Shown here one piece after another: positions 13,305-27,685 of a stretch of 64,000 nucleotides of DNA. A program made the translations under genes and the position numbers. The notes below the pieces were generated by a model. That model did no database searches. It was given only the letters and a program-made list of their open reading frames with translations, and was not told the DNA's origin. Location of the stretch: contig NC_086108.1 of the NCBI RefSeq assembly GCF_963921235.1, forward strand, positions 48,858,001 to 48,922,000, written 5' to 3'. Source of the DNA: Mobula hypostoma. Lineage: Eukaryota. The first letter of the stretch is position 1. Every line of letters starts with the position of its first letter.

Positions 13305-14070
13305 AAGCAACACACATCAAAGTTGCTGGTGAACGCAGCGGACCAGGCAGCATCTCTAGGAAGAGGTACAGTCGACGTTTCGGGCCAAGACCCTTCGTCA
13401 GGACTAACTGAAGGAAGAGCTAGTAAGAGATTTGAAAGTGGGAGGGGGAGATCCAAAATGATAGGCGAAGACGAGAGGGGGAGGGATGGAGCCAAGAGCT
13501 GGACAGGTGATTAGCAAAAGGGATATGAGAGGATCATGGGACAGGAGGCCTAAGGAGAAGGAAAAGGGGTGGGGGGGAAAACCCAGAGGATGAGCAAGGG
13601 GTATAGTCAGAGGGACAGAGGGAGAAAAAGGATTCTGATATGCCTATCCACAACCCCATTCTGATATGTCTATCCACGGCCTCCTCTACTGTAACTATGA
13701 AGCCACACTCAGGTGGGAGGAACAACACCTTATATTCCGTCTGGGTAGCCTCCAACCTGATGGCATGAACATTGACTTCTGTAAATTCTGCTAATGCCCC
13801 ACCTCCCCCTCATACCCCATCCGTTATTTATTTATATACACACATTCCTTCTCTCTCTCTCCTTTTTCTCCCTCTGTGCCTCTGACTATACCCCTTGCCC
13901 ATCCTCTGGGTTTCCCCTCCCTCCCCCTTTTCCTTCTCCCTGGGCCTCCTGTCCCATCAGCCCGAAAAGTCGACTGTACGTCTTCCTAGAGATGCTGCCT
14001 GGCCTGCTGCGTTCACCAGAAACTTTGATATGTGTTGCTTGAATTTCCAGTATCTGCAGAATTCCACGTG
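13305..14070. mobile_element. Truncated Penelope-like element with inverted pseudo-LTR
   Basis: TSD CCTACATTAGTA(C) at 13292-13304 and 14071-14083. Minus-strand 3' end 13305-13632, then plus-strand GIY-YIG C-terminus and 3' end with an internal deletion near 13957. Confidence 0.9.
13370..13405 (-). ncRNA. Minimal hammerhead motif, intact core
   Basis: AGUC-CUGACGA-A-GGGUCUUGGCCC-GAAACGUC-GACU. Confidence 0.8.
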
Positions 14071-15924
14071 CCTACATTAGTACCCTGTTTTCGCTAACAG
14101 AAGGTGTTTTCACTGTTACGAAAAAAATCAGCACGTGATAAAAGGCAGTGTGCGCCCCGAGCAGCCGCTCTCCCCCGGATTCGGAACGGCATTGCTTTAA
14201 CACATGCCTGTGAACAGCCGTTTGCAAGATGAGTTCTGAGGTATTGGAAAAGCCTGAAAGAGCTTGTAAGGGTGTTATACTTAGCATAAAACTAGACATA
14301 ATCAAGCGTTTTGATCGTGGTGAACGAAGTAAGGACTAAGTGAGTTTGGCTTGTGGAAGCTGATGAAGATGATGTTGAAGAGGTTTTGGCATCCCATGAC
14401 CAAGAACTGATAGATGAAGAGCTGATGCAATTGGAAGAGGAAAGGATAACATTCAAAACCGAATGCAGTAGCGAAATGAACGTAAAGCAACTGCGTGAGA
14501 TTTTCGCTGCAATGATAAAGTACGACTTTAATTTTGAAAGCATACGTAGGTTTAGGGGATATTTGCAGGATGGTTTGAGTGCTTACAAAGAGCTGTATGA
14601 TAGAAAAATGTGCGAGGCTCAGCAGTCAACCAAGCCTTCCACATCAGCCACAGCAGACGACGAACCTCGACCTTCGACATTGAGGTGGGCAGTCATAGGA
14701 GAAGATGAGCCGCCTGCTCTAATGGAAACAGATGACGATGAGATGACACCCCAGTGTCCCACCACCCCAACCCCCGGGCCACGGAGACATACCAATACGC
14801 GGAGAATGCAGCGGTAGCCGGGAGGCACACAGCACATCTTTAAGAAAAAAGCTGAAATAAACAAGCTAATTAATTATGTGTCGGGCGGCACCTAATTAAT
14901 TAGCTTGTTTATTTCGGCTTTTTTCTTAAAGATGTGCTGTGTACCTTCCGGCTACCGCTGGACCCCTGCGTGCTTCGCGGCAATGTATCGGTCGGCAGCC
15001 TGGAGGGTGGGGGCCACTGCACCACCCAACCTGTGACGACTCAGTCTAACACACCATCATCAGTGTGCTCTGCGCTGTCTTCCCAATTCAGGTTAGTGAT
15101 ACTACACTGTACATACATTATTTCTACTTTATATAGGCTGTGTATTTTTACGTGTTATTTGGTATGATTTGGCAGCTCCATAGTTTAAAGCTTACCGGAC
15201 AGCGCTTGCACCATGTTTTTGCCAACAGTGCTTGCGTGAGATTTTCAGCCGACGGCGCTTGCGTGAGATTTTTGCTACGGAGAACAGTGCCGGCAATGAT
15301 TGTGGAAAAGTATTTCTACTTTATATAGGCTGTGTACTTATCACATTCCTGCTTTTACTTTGTTACTGTTATTTTAGGTTTTATGTGTTATTTGGCATGA
15401 TTTGGTAGGTTATTTTTGGGTCTGCGAACGCTCACAAAATTTTCCCATATAAATAAATGATAATTGCTACTTTGCTTTACAACATTTCAGCTTACGAACT
15501 GTTTCATAGGAACGCTCTACCTGCGGGTGGCAGGGGAACCTCTACTGAGTAGAATTATTGACATGGTTTTTAAAAAAAAATCAACAACTGTTTATCTTTA
15601 TTCATGTAGTAGACTCGAGCAAGTGAAGTGATTCTTTCCAGTTTGTGCAATAACTGCTCAAGATTTGATAAACTGCATAAGTGAATTGTTAATAATAAAC
15701 TATAATTGTTACACTTTGAAACTTTAAGCAGATTTGGCCTTAAGAAAATGAGGTTCTATTCTGGGGAAAATGTCTTCTATCTAACCATGTTTTGTTATTA
15801 TGGATCTGTGTACTCAAAAAAAGTATCATTTTTAATCTTAAAAATGTATAATTTTGTGGTTGAAGTTCATACACACAAGGGTTGAAATGAAGTAACTCAG
15901 TTTGTTTTGTTCTTGTTGTTTCAG

Positions 15925-16000
15925 GCAGAACATGCTGCCAAGTGCAGAGCTTCTGGGATAGCCGTCATCTCGCCGTTCTTTTTCAAGCCTCAAAGTGCAG
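15925..16000 (+). CDS. NPL: N-acetylneuraminate lyase, internal exon (AEHAAKCRASGIAVISPFFFKPQSA)
   Basis: Pyrimidine tract + TTTCAG acceptor; GT donor at 16001. 76 bp. Resembles human [22 protein letters not shown]; phase joins the next exon (G+AT=Asp). Confidence 0.93.
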
Positions 16001-17194
16001 GTTGTTTATTTGTTATTATTCCACACAATTGCAATATTAAATGTAGCTACCTTGTGCAGCTTGTACAATATAAAGTAGATCCATGTAAAATTAGTTTCTT
16101 TGCACAATGGACCCACAATGATATAATTGAAATAGCACTTTATAAATATTTTATTTGTAAAAATCTAATTGAATCATATAATTTGAATGCATCCACATTA
16201 TTTTTGGAGTGAGGGAAAAACTGTAAAGAATATGAATCTGGTTTTGTAATTAAATGAGCCTCTTCATTTCTTTCCACCTCCTACTTGTCTAAAGGGAAAA
16301 TTTTCCTGCTGCACATACCTGAACTCAATGAATTCCCCAACATTTCACCTCGGTGCTCTTGAGAATCAAGGCTTTTGAGTATCACGGCCAGCAGCCGACC
16401 CTTTTTGGTGTCATGTGATTGCGTGTTTATTCTTCTCATGGGACATGGAAATTGCTGATGAGGTAGCATTTAACTTTTCTCCTGATAATACTTGAGGGAT
16501 GTGATGAACCATTGCAAACTTAATGAAGTTTGAATATATATATATTGAAGAATGAATATATATTGTCCCAGAATTTTTACTCCGTTATGTTGAAAAATAC
16601 TTAATTGTCTTAAAATTAGGATTTTCCTGTTGGGGGGAGGAGTCATCTTCATCCATATTGTGGCATCCAGCTGTGGTAATCGATTTGGTGAGAAGTTTGC
16701 AGTTTCTGCTTTTCCTGTACACTTGTCACCATGGCTGTTTTGGTATTGGAGTTTGCAATTCTTGGAGTTCTGCTGGCAAATTTTGAGTTCATTTGGTTGG
16801 CTACTGGACATCTTCAGTGCTACTGGGAGGAGACAGGTGGATCAACTCTTGACATTTCTGGTTCAAGGTGATTGCAGATGGTTCAGCTGTGTTTATTGTA
16901 TTTGGTTACTGGTCTTGCTATCATTGAGCACAAGGGCTGTTCTTCCGTGTTTGTCCACCATCACTCAGTTGTATGTTGGGCTACAACGGCTGTTAATTTT
17001 GAGATTAAGAAGTTCTATTAGTGGTCGGTTTCCTGTGCTGCTTACTTTGCATTTTCTGCATATCAGTTTGGTAAAAACAATATCACAGTTCTGTATATAC
17101 CTGGTGCTACTCTTGGCACTGATTATGCTTGTGAAACTGGGTAAATCTCTTGGCTTGATGGCAATGATACAGTGAGATAAGGTTGAGAAATTAT

Positions 17195-17790
17195 TTCTGC
17201 AGCACACAAAATGCTAGAAGTCAGGCAGTATCTGTGGGAAAGAATAAATGGTCATGGTTTCAGGCTGAGATCCTTAATTGGGACTGGAAAGGAAGGGGGA
17301 ACATTCCAGAATAAAAAGGGAGAGGAGAAGGTGTGCAAGATGGGTGACAGGTGAAGTCATGTGGTTGGGGGTGGGGGGGATGAAGTAAGAAACTGGGAGG
17401 TGATGGGTGTAAAAGGCTGGTGAAAGAATCTGGTGGGAGAGGAAAGTGGACTATGGGAGAAAGAGCAGGAAGAGCACTGGGGAAGGTGATTGGCAGGTGA
17501 AGAGATAACAGGAGAGCCTGAGTGGAAATGGAAGATGGGGGAGAGGTGATCTTACTGGAAGTAGTAGAAATTGATGTTCATACCATCAGGTTGGGGGTGA
17601 CCCAGACAGAAAAGTGTTGCTTCTCCAACCTGAGAGTGGCATTATCGTGGCAGAAGAGGCCATGAATCAATATGTGAGAATGGGCTGGATTTGAAATGGT
17701 TAACCAGCGGGAAATAGCCACCAGATATCTGATGCTCCCGATGCGGCCTCTTCATTGGTGTATCCAGTGCTCCCGAGGCAGCCTAAGAGG
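17195..17790 (-). mobile_element. Old PLE remnant (similar remnants at ~12520-13170, 42330-43260 and 60840-61280)
   Basis: Diverged similarity to the PLE 3' end and GIY-YIG coding region. Confidence 0.65.
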
Positions 17791-18832
17791 AGGTGGTTTG
17801 CTGTTCTTTGACCCACAACCATCAACTGGTTGATCTCCGGCACTTCATTAGAATGAAAAGTCACTGCAGTCCCAATTGGAATTGCTCCCTACACGGTTGC
17901 CATGTGCAAACACCAATTCCCAGGTAAGTACTTGCACCTGTTGTTCTTGGTGTGGCAGCTCATTGTCTGGTGGCAGCATAATCCAGCAGGTGGGAAGCTT
18001 ATTCAGACAGGGCTGGTCCAATTCAATTAGTGCAGACCTGTCTTGTAAATATTGCTCATTGAATCCAGCTATATCACTGTTACTGAGTACTTATTCAATG
18101 GAATTGCTGGGTTTCAGTGTTGATATCGCATCATTTGACTGTCTCAAGAAGTGAAATGGATTCTCTATCGTTTCATGTAGTGACTGAAATCCTGTATGAA
18201 GAATCAGATTAAATGAAACCTTCCATTTAGCCAATATTTGCTAATCCGGGGAGACCTGTATTCAGTGGCTTGCCCTCACGCTCTCTCCCAATTTCTGTTA
18301 TAATTTCTCATTTGATATCCCATGCTGTCTTGCTTTGCTTTTTGCTTTACCCCTCAGAATATTCCCGCTTGCTGCCTTTACTATTTTGTTCTCTTATTTT
18401 GTTTCCAGATAATTTTAGGATTTGAGTTTATCATGTTGCGTGGTGGTATTGGAACACATCTTCACATTATTAGCTGAGGCTTCTGGATGCGAGTGAATTA
18501 GTTTAATTACTACTGTTAAACCTGATTATGACAAGGAACTTGGGACAAACTCTACTGTTTTTTTTGTCATCAGTTTAATGGTGCTAGGTGAACATAGCTT
18601 GGTGCAAGTTAGCATGCAGGAAGAAGTGTTTTGAATAAACTCTGGTTTGCCCGGAGGACTGGTCAGGCCAGCCTGGAACGCAGTGGGCTGGTAAGAGTTA
18701 ACAAAAGTAGTAAGGAAAATGATGACAGTTGGTGAGCTGAGAGTGGATGTGAGTGATTTTATTTAGATTTAAATCGGCAGTCTTATAACTTGGATGTGAG
18801 ATCTGAATCAGGAGTAATAGGACACTATTAAA

Positions 18833-21800
18833 GAGATTTGCGAGGGCTACTGAGGTGACTTTAAACTAGAATGGTTGGGGGGTGGGAATCAAATTAAAGA
18901 GACTAGGAGAGAGGAGGTTAGTTCACAACAGGGGGATGGGAACAAGTGCAGAGAGACAGAAGAGTGTAAAATGAGGGTAGATGCAAAAAGTAGTAAGGTG
19001 AAAAGTAAAAGTGGCAGGCTGGCAAATCCAGGGCAAAAATCAAAAAGGGCCACTTTTCAACATAATTGTATAAGGGCTAGGAGTGTTGTAAAAGCGAGCC
19101 TGAAGGCGTTTTGTGTCAATGCAAGGAGCATTCGTAACAAGATGGATGAATTAAAAGTGCAGATTGTTATTAATGAATATGATATAGTTGGGATCACAGA
19201 GAGATGGCTCCAGGGTGACCAAGGATGGGAGCTCAACATTCAGGGATATTCACTATTCAGGAGGGATAGACATGAAAGAAAAGGAGGTGGGGTAGCATTG
19301 CTGGTTAGAGAGGAGATTAACGCAATAGAAAGGAAGGACATTAGCCAGGAGGATGTGGGATCAATATGGGTAGAGCTGCATAACAATAAGGGGCAGAAAA
19401 TGCTGGTGGGAGTTGTGTACAGGCCACCTAACAGTAGTAGTGAGGTAGGAGATGGTATTAAACAGGAAATTAGAAATGCGTGCAATAAAGGAACAGCAGT
19501 TATAATGGGTGACTTCAATCTACATGTAGATTGGGTGAACCAACTTGGTAAGGGTGCTGAAGAAGAGGATTTCTTGGAATGTATGTGGGATGGTTTTTTG
19601 AACTAACATGCCGAGGGACCAACTAGAGAGCAGGCTATTCTAGTCTGGGTATTGAGCAATGAGGAAGGGTTAATTAGCAATCTTGTCGTGAGAGGCCCCT
19701 TGGGTAAGAGTGACCATAATATGGTGGAGTTCTTCATTAAGATGGAGAGTGACATAGTTAATTCAGAAACAAAGGTTCTGAACTTAAAGAAGGGTAACTT
19801 TGAAGATATGAGATGAGAATTAGCTAAGATAGACTGGCAAATGATACTTAAAGGGTTGACGGTGGATATGCAATGGCAAGCATTTAAAGATCGCATGGAT
19901 GAACTACAACAATTGTTCATCCCAGTTTGGCAAAAGAATAAATCAGGGAAGGTAGTGCACCTGTGGCTGACAAGGGAAATTAGGGATAGTATCAATTCCA
20001 AAGAAGAAGCATACAAATTAGCCAGAAAAAGTGGCTCACCTGAGGACTGGGAGAAACTCAGAGTCCAGCAGAGGAGGACAAAGGGCTTAATTAGGAAAGG
20101 GAATAAAGATTTTGAGAGAAAACTGGCAGGGAACATAAAAACTGACTGTAAAAGCTTTTATAGATATGTAAAAAGGAAAAGATTGGTTAAGGTCCCCTAC
20201 AGACAGAAACAGGTGAATTGATTATGGGGAACAAGGACATGGCAGACCAATTGAATAACTACTTTGGTTCTGTCTTCACTAAGGAGGACATAAATAATCT
20301 TCCGGAAATAGTAGGGGACAGAGGGTCCAGTTAGATGGAGGAACTGAGGGAAATACATGTTAGTAGGGAAGTGGTGTTAGGTAAATTGAAGGGATTAAAG
20401 GCAGATAAATCCCCAGGGCCAGATGGTCTGCATCCCAGAGTGCTTAAGGAAGTAGCCCAAGAAATAGTGGATGCATTAGTGATAATTTTTCAAAACTCTT
20501 TAGATTCTGAATTAGTTCCTGAGGATTGGAGGGTGGCTAATGTAACCCCGCTTTTTAAAAAAGGAGGGAGAGAGAAACTGAGGAATTATAGACCGGTTAG
20601 CCTAACATCGGTGGTGGGAAAAATGCTAGAGTCAGTTATCAAAGATGTGATAACAGCACATTTGGAAAGCGGTGAAATCATCGGACAAAGTCAGTATGGA
20701 TTTGTGAAAGGAAAATCATGTCTGACGAATCTCATAGAATTTTTTGAGGATGTAACGAGTAGAGTGGATAGGGGAGAACCAGTGGATGTGGTATATTTGG
20801 ATTTTCAAAAGGCTTTTGACAAGGTCCCACACAGGAGATTAGTGTGCAAACTTAAAGCACATGGTATTGGGGGTAAGGTATTGATGTGAATAGGGAATTG
20901 GTTGGCAGACAGGAAGCAAAGAGTGGGAATAAACGGGACCTTTTCAGAATGGCAGGCAGTGACTAGTGGGGTACCGCAAGGCTCAGTGCTGGGACCCCAG
21001 TTGTTTACAATATATATTAATGACTTGGATGAGGGAATTAAATGCAGCATCTCCAAGTTTGCGGATGACACGAAGCTGGGTGGCAGTGTTAGCAGTGAGG
21101 AGGATGCTAAGAGGATGCAGGGTGACTTGGATAGGTTGGGTGAATGGGCAAACTCATGGCAGATCCAATTTAATGTGGATAAATGTGAAGTTATCCACTT
21201 TGGTGGCAAAAACAGGAAAACAGATGATCTGAATGGTGGCCAATTAGGAAAAGGGGAGGTGCAACGAGACCTGCGTGTCATTATAAACCAGTCATTGAAA
21301 GTGGGCATGCAGGTACAGTAGGCGGTGAAAAAAGCGAATGGTATGCTGGCATTCATAGCAAGAGGATTCGAGTACAGGAGCAGGGAAGTATTACTGCAAT
21401 TGTACAAGGCCTTGGTGAGACCACACCTGGAGTATTGTGTGCAGTTTTGGCCCCTTAATCTGAGGAAAGATATTCTTGCCATAGAGGGAGTACAAAGAAG
21501 GTTCACCAGATTGATTCCTGGGATGGCAGGACTTTCATATGATGAGAGACTGGATCGACTAGGCTTATACTCGTTGGAATTTAGAAGATTGAGGGGGGAA
21601 TCTTGTTGAAACGTGTAAAATCCTAAAGGGATTGGACAGGCTAGATGCAGGAAGATTGTTCCCGATGTTGGGGAAGTCCAGAACGAGGGATCACAGTTTG
21701 AAGATAAAGGGGAAGCCTTTTGGGACTGAGATGAGGAAAAACTTCTTCACACAGAGAGTGGTGAATCTGTGGAATTCTCTGCCACAGGAAACAGTTGAGG

Positions 21801-21991
21801 CCAGTTCATTGGCTATATTTAAGAGGGAGTTAGATATGGCCCTTGTGGCTACGGGGGTCAGGGGGTATGGAGAGAAGGCTGGGGCGGGGTTCTGAGTTGG
21901 ATGATCAGCCATGATCATACTGAATGGCGGTGCAGGCTCGAAGGGCCGAATGGCCTACTCCCGCACCTATTTTCTATTTTCTGTGTTTCTA
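18833..21991 (+). mobile_element. CR1-like LINE, 5'-truncated, ORF2 with stops and frameshifts
   Basis: APE (VNARS, ITE.W, GDFN, SDHN) and RT (YLDFQKAFDKVPH, GVPQGSVLGP, FADDTK) motifs; short-repeat tail near 21965-21991. Confidence 0.93.
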
Positions 21992-23741
21992 ATTCTGTGT
22001 GGTGTGGTTCAATTGCAGAAGCTGAGCAAGGAGTGGAGCCCGTTGCAAGGGAAGCAATCTGCTAACTGGGATAGAAGATGCTGATGTTAATCTTCCCAAT
22101 ATTTACCAAGGGGAAACTTCTCCATTATATTGAACAGTAATGGTGATAAATTAGTGGTAATGAACTGGAATTGACTTTCTTCAGTACAGAACAGGAAATA
22201 TATGCTCTGAAATTCATGAGGATCAGTATAAATGAAAGGGTTAAGGATGGATCCTTGGGTACTGTAATGTTGGCTTTTCACAAAGGATGGGAAGCTTTTT
22301 GCAGTAGCTCTGGTTACAAATTGAGGAGAGTAAAAATGGAACTGGCAAATGTGGTCAAATGCAACTAGAGTTGTACAGGTATTGAGAGAGAGAGAGAGTG
22401 GTATTGGCAGTTGTGTCAAAGGTTGCAGGCATTAGGAATACTAATGAAATGTAGGTTATATTCATTGTAATGACAAAGGGTGTCAAAGGTAGTTTTGGTC
22501 AGTGATATTTTTGTATTGGTCAAGATTAACCTGAATACAGGGACTCTGAAGAGGAGTTCAAGTACATGGATTTGTAAAGTCATGTGTTGAAATGTTTAGG
22601 GAAAAGAAAGGGAGGTTTGGAAAGGGGCTTGCAAAGTCAGAAGTCTGAAGGATTTTGAGGATAGATGATGAAGGTTATGATCCTGAGGAGATGAAATCAG
22701 CTAAAATGCAGACCACAGAGGGAGGTTGGGTGGTCAGTGGTTCATTGGAAACTGGATTGGGAAATCAGCAGGTGAATTTGCAAGATGGATTTGCAAAGGG
22801 GGTTGGAGAAGATGGGAGTGAAGCTAAAGATGGAAATTTTAGATGAGGATTACCTGGAATTTTCTCCCAATACCAGTTTGAAAAGATCAGGGTGTCTGAG
22901 CTGCACCCAAGAGATGGGCTGATTCAGCTTACTTCTCCACGGCATTTACTCGGCTCTGTGCTGAACTGAGGCAGTGGCCTGCTCCTGAGTCTGCTGCACT
23001 TGTGCCTGCCTTAATGTTTGTGGACTCGTTTTTGGATGCTTCACATCTGAATGCTATTTCCTTGTTTTTATTGATTGCACAATGGCTTTGTTTTCTCTCT
23101 GCACATTGAGTGTTTGACGGTCTTCTGTTTTAATGGGTTCTATTGGGTTGCTTTGTTTTGTGGCTGCCTGTAGGAGACTAATCTCAAGGTTGTATAAAGT
23201 ATACATACTTGGATAATTGTACTTTGAGCTTAGATCTTAACATTTTGGGAATGCCAGAACTGAATTTTCAAGAGTGGCTCAAAACCAATTTTGAAGAAAT
23301 TATCTTGGCCATTGTTTTAATATCACTGAAAACTTCTAGTAATGGTATTAAAATAATTATCCAAATGACTTTCTGCAAGTAACTGTAGATTTCTCACACG
23401 TAACTTGAGGGGAAAGATCTTTTTTTTGTTCTAAGAAACACCAATTAACCGCATTCTTGAAAATTTCAGCCTTTCTGAAACGACTTCATCCCTAACATTT
23501 GCACTTAATATGGATGTGAATTTTAAACCAATTTTACAAAATTTCCCACTCTGTTTTTTCCTCATGTCTTTTGCCACAGCAAGGAGTTCTATCAGTAATT
23601 TTACCATGAGCAACAATAGGGAATTTACCAATAATAAAGAAATTATTATATTTTAACATTACAGAACATTTTACAGTGAAATGCAATGGCTTACAATGTT
23701 CTCATCAGGAATAAAGCTGGTAAACACATTTGTTATTTCAG

Positions 23742-23834
23742 ATGTTTTGGTGGAGTATCTGAAGAAAGTGGCATCATCTGCTCCTGGTGTTCCTTTCTAT
23801 TATTACCATCTTCCTGAAATGACTGGAGTATCTT
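23742..23834 (+). CDS. NPL: NPL exon (DVLVEYLKKVASSAPGVPFYYYHLPEMTGVS)
   Basis: TTTCAG acceptor, GTAAGT donor, 93 bp. Contains the PFYYYH motif with the conserved Tyr of NAL/DHDPS aldolases. Confidence 0.96.
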
Positions 23835-23911
23835 GTAAGTATTGAACTGTACAGCTGGAATTCACAACTGTCATGGTAATTAAAATCCAATAGAGCTTTT
23901 TTTCCTTGCAG

Positions 23912-24057
23912 TCAATGTTGTGGATCTGCTAGATGGGATTGAAAGAAAGATTCCAACCTTCCAGGGGTTGAAGTTCACCAGCAGTGACTTGTTGGATTTT
24001 GGTCTGTGTGTTAACAATTACAAGGATAAGTTTGACTTTCTGTTTGGAAAGGATGAG
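23912..24057 (+). CDS. NPL: NPL exon (FNVVDLLDGIERKIPTFQGLKFTSSDLLDFG...FLFGKDE)
   Basis: TTGCAG acceptor, GTATGG donor. IPTFQGLKF contains the Schiff-base Lys. The preceding intron is only 77 bp. Confidence 0.96.
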
Positions 24058-24164
24058 GTATGGAAGTTTTAATTGATTATTAATTACATTTCATTTATGT
24101 TGCATTAGTCTTTTATTGGAATAATAATATGGCATTTGTGTGTAATGGAAAGAAAGAGAATGAG

Positions 24165-25118
24165 CCTGAAGGCACACAACGATTCAGTAACGGCTTCTTC
24201 TCCTCTGCCGTCCTATTGCTAAATGGACACTGAACTCATGAACACTACCTCACTTTTTTAATATATTATTTGTTTTTTTCACTATTTTTAATCTATTCAA
24301 TATATATCATTATCATCATCGTCATCAGGTGCCATGCCCAGTTTGAGTTTTGACTGCCATGGCCCACACTCTCCTGTTTCGGATCAAGTGGATCAATTCA
24401 TTGGTATTCATTTCCAGTTCTCTGGCTGCTGTCTCCATCATCATTTGTCTTTGTCTTCCTCTTGCTTTCTTCCCTTCAATCTTTCCCATAATTACCGTGC
24501 ATTCTAACTCCTCTTTGCTAATCACATGTCCAATGAAATTGCATTGCCTTTTCATGATCACATACGTCATTTCTCTTTTTGTGTTTGCTCTGTTCATGAC
24601 ATCCTCGTTAGATATTCTTTGCATCCTCCTCAAAAACCACGTTTCTGCTGCTACAATTCGTTTCCTCATGTTACTAGATATTGTCCAACATTCTGAGCCA
24701 TATAACATAACTGGTTAAACGTAACATTTCAGTACCCTGAGGCAGGTTGTCATGCCTAGTTTAGAATTGGTCAGTATACTCTTCATTCTCGTAACGGTGT
24801 CTTTTGCCATCCCTATTCTTCTTTTGATGTCCATGTCGCACCTGCCATCTGATGTCACCCAGCTTCCTAAGTAGCAAAAGTTCTGTACTTGTTTTATGTC
24901 TTCCCCATTTATTCTCAGCCTGTAGATAGGATTCTCCTTCTTTCTGGATATCACCATACATTCTATATTCTATATATGTACAATATATATACTGTAATTG
25001 ATTTACTTAGTTATTTTATTGTTATTTTTCTTCTATAGTGTGTATTGCATTGAACTGCTGCTGCTAAGTTAACAAATTTCACGACGCATGCCGGTGATAA
25101 TAAACCTAATTCTGATTC
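24165..25118. mobile_element. Rex1/Babar-like 3' fragment (+) interrupted by an RTE 3' fragment (-, ~24308-24961)
   Basis: Flanks match the 3' end of 46151-47789. The insert encodes YLGSWVTSDG and LYGSECWT and has a (TGA)n-type tail. Confidence 0.8.
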
Positions 25119-25543
25119 GGAGAAGTGTTTTTGGGAGGGTGGGGTGGAGAGGGGGCATCCATATCCTTCCTAAGATATCCTTCTGGTTTAAGATGGTGCT
25201 ACCGAGCACGTGCAACAGCTCACTGCCAGTTCAAAAGGCAAGAAATTTGACTAAACATTACTAATAACGCCTTTTCTAAAGTAAATTGTGATTGAATTCT
25301 CTCTGCAAACAATGAAGAGGCAAGCGAAGGCAAAGGATGAACCATGCTGATACGGTGCAGAATAAACGCAGATGGTGTGAGTCATTTGGAGAGAAGCTGA
25401 GGCTGTTGAGTTTTGATGCCCATACAACTGACCTGGGTGCAAGATTGGATCTGGGCACTGAGCCAACTTGGAGAAATCAAGCAACATACATCAAAGTTGC
25501 TGGTGAACGCAGCAGGCCAAGCAGTATCTATAGGAAGAGGCGC

Positions 25544-25579
25544 AGTTGACGTTTCAGGCCGAGACCCTTCGTCAGGACT
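25544..25579 (-). ncRNA. Minimal hammerhead motif, stem I mismatch
   Basis: Core intact; AACU replaces GACU. Confidence 0.65.
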
Positions 25580-27685
25580 AACTGAAGGAAGAGTGAGTAA
25601 GGGATTTGAAAGCTGGAGGGGGAGGGGGAGATGCAAAATGATAGGAGAAGACAGGAGGGGGAGGGATAGAGCCGAGAGCTGGACAGGTGATAGGCAAAAG
25701 GGGATACGAGAGGATCATGGGACAGGAGGCCTAGGGAGAAAGACGGGGGGGGGGTGACCCAGAGGATGGGCAAGAGGTATATTCAGAGGGACAGAGGGAG
25801 AAAAAGGAGAGTGAGAGAAAGAATGTGTGCATAAAAATGAGTAACAGCTGGGGTACGAGGGGGAGGTGGGGCCTAGCGGAAGTTAGAGAAGTCAATGTTC
25901 ATGCCATCAGGTTGGAGGCTACCCAGACGGAATATAAGGTGTTGTTCCTCCAACCTGAGTGTGGCTTCATCTTTACAGTAGAGGAGGCCGTGGATAGACA
26001 TGTCAGAATGGGAATGGGATGTGGAATTAAAATGTGTGGCCACTGGGAGATCCTGCTTTCTCTGGCGGACAGAGCGTAGATGTTCAGCAAAGCGGTCTCC
26101 CAGTCTGCGTCGGGTCTCACCAATATATAAAAGGCCACATCGGGAGCACCGGACGCAGTATATCACCCCAGTCGACTCACAGATGAAGTGATGCCTCACC
26201 TGGAAGGACTGTTTGGGGCCCTGAATGGTGGTAAGGGAGGAAGTGTAAGGGCATGTGTAGCACTTGTTCCGCTTACACGGATAAGTGCCAGGAGGGAGAT
26301 CAGTGGGGAGGGATGGGGGGGACGAATGGACAAGGGAGTTGTGTAGGGAGCGATCCCTGCGGAATGCAGAGAGACGGGGGGAGGGAAAGATGTGCTTAGT
26401 GGTGGGATCCCGTTGGAGGTGGCGGAAGTTACGGAGAATAGTATGTTGGACCCGGAGGCTGGTGGGGTGGTAGGTGAGGACCAGGGGAACCCTATTCCTA
26501 GTGGGGTGGTGGGAGGATGGAGTGAGAGCAGATGTACGTGAAATGGAGGAGATGCGTTTAAGAGCAGAGTTGATAGTGGAGGAAGGGAAGCCCCTTTCTT
26601 TAAAAAATGAAGACATCTCCCTCGTCCTAGAATGAAAAGCCTCATCCTGAGAGCAGATGTGGCGGAGACGGAGGAATTGCGAGAAGGGGATGGCGTTTTT
26701 GCAAGAGACAGGGTGAGAAGAGGAATAGTCCAGATAGCTGTGAGAGTCAGTAGGCTTATAGTAGATATCAGTGGATAAGCTGTCTCCAGAGACAGAGACA
26801 GAAAGATCTAGAAAGGGGAGGGAGGTGTCGGAAATAGACCAGGTAAACTTGAGGGCAGGGTGAAAGTTGGAGGCAAAGTTAATAAAGTCAACGAGTTCTG
26901 CATGCGTGCAGGAAGCAGCGCCAATGCAGTCGTCGATATAGCGAAGGAAAAGTGGGGGACAGATACCAGAATAGGCACGAAACATAGATTGTTCCACAAA
27001 CCCAACAAAAAGGCAGGCATAGCTAGGATCCATACTGGTGCCCATAGCTACACCTTTAGTTTGGAGGAAATGGGAGGAGCAAAAGGAGAAATTATTAAGA
27101 GTAAGGACTAATTCCGCTAGACGGAGCAGAGTGGTGGTAGAGGGGAACTGATTAGGTCTGGAATCCAAAAAGAAGCGTAGAGCTTTGAGACCTTCCTGAT
27201 GGGGGATGGAAGTATATAAGGACTGGACATCCATGGTGAAAATAAAGCGGTGGGGGCCAGGGAACTTAAAATCATCGAAAAGTTTAAGAGCGTGAGAAGT
27301 GTCACGAACATAGGTTGGAAGGGATTGAACAAGGGGTGATAAAACAGTGTCGAGGTATGCAGAAACGAGTTCGGTGGGGCAGGAGCAAGCTGAGACAATA
27401 GGTCGGCCAGGACAGGCAGGTTTGTGGATCTTGGGTAGGAGGTAGAAACGGGAAGTGCGGGGTGTCGGAACTATAAGGTTGGTAGCAGTGGATGGGAGAT
27501 CCCCTGAGCGGATAAAGTCGGTGATGGTGTGGGTGACAATGGCCTGGTGCTCCTCTTGTATCCCCTTTTGCCTATCACCTGTCCAGCTCTCGGCTCTATC
27601 CCTCCCCCTCCTGTCTTCTCCTATCATTTTGCATCTCCCCCTCCCCCTCCAGCTTTCAAATCCCTTACTCACTCTTCCTTCAGTT

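Larger units (their letters stand above)
13236..15542 (+). mobile_element. Second copy of the pogo/Tigger-like element, interrupted by a PLE
   Basis: Starts TA-CAGGTGTCCCC and ends GGGGAACCTC-TA; colinear with the reverse complement of 3851-5440. Confidence 0.85.

Noticed and set aside
16630..17175. 181-aa hydrophobic ORF as a membrane protein
   Set aside because: TTG start, intronic, and apparently the antisense of a decayed GIY-YIG/PLE-like remnant.
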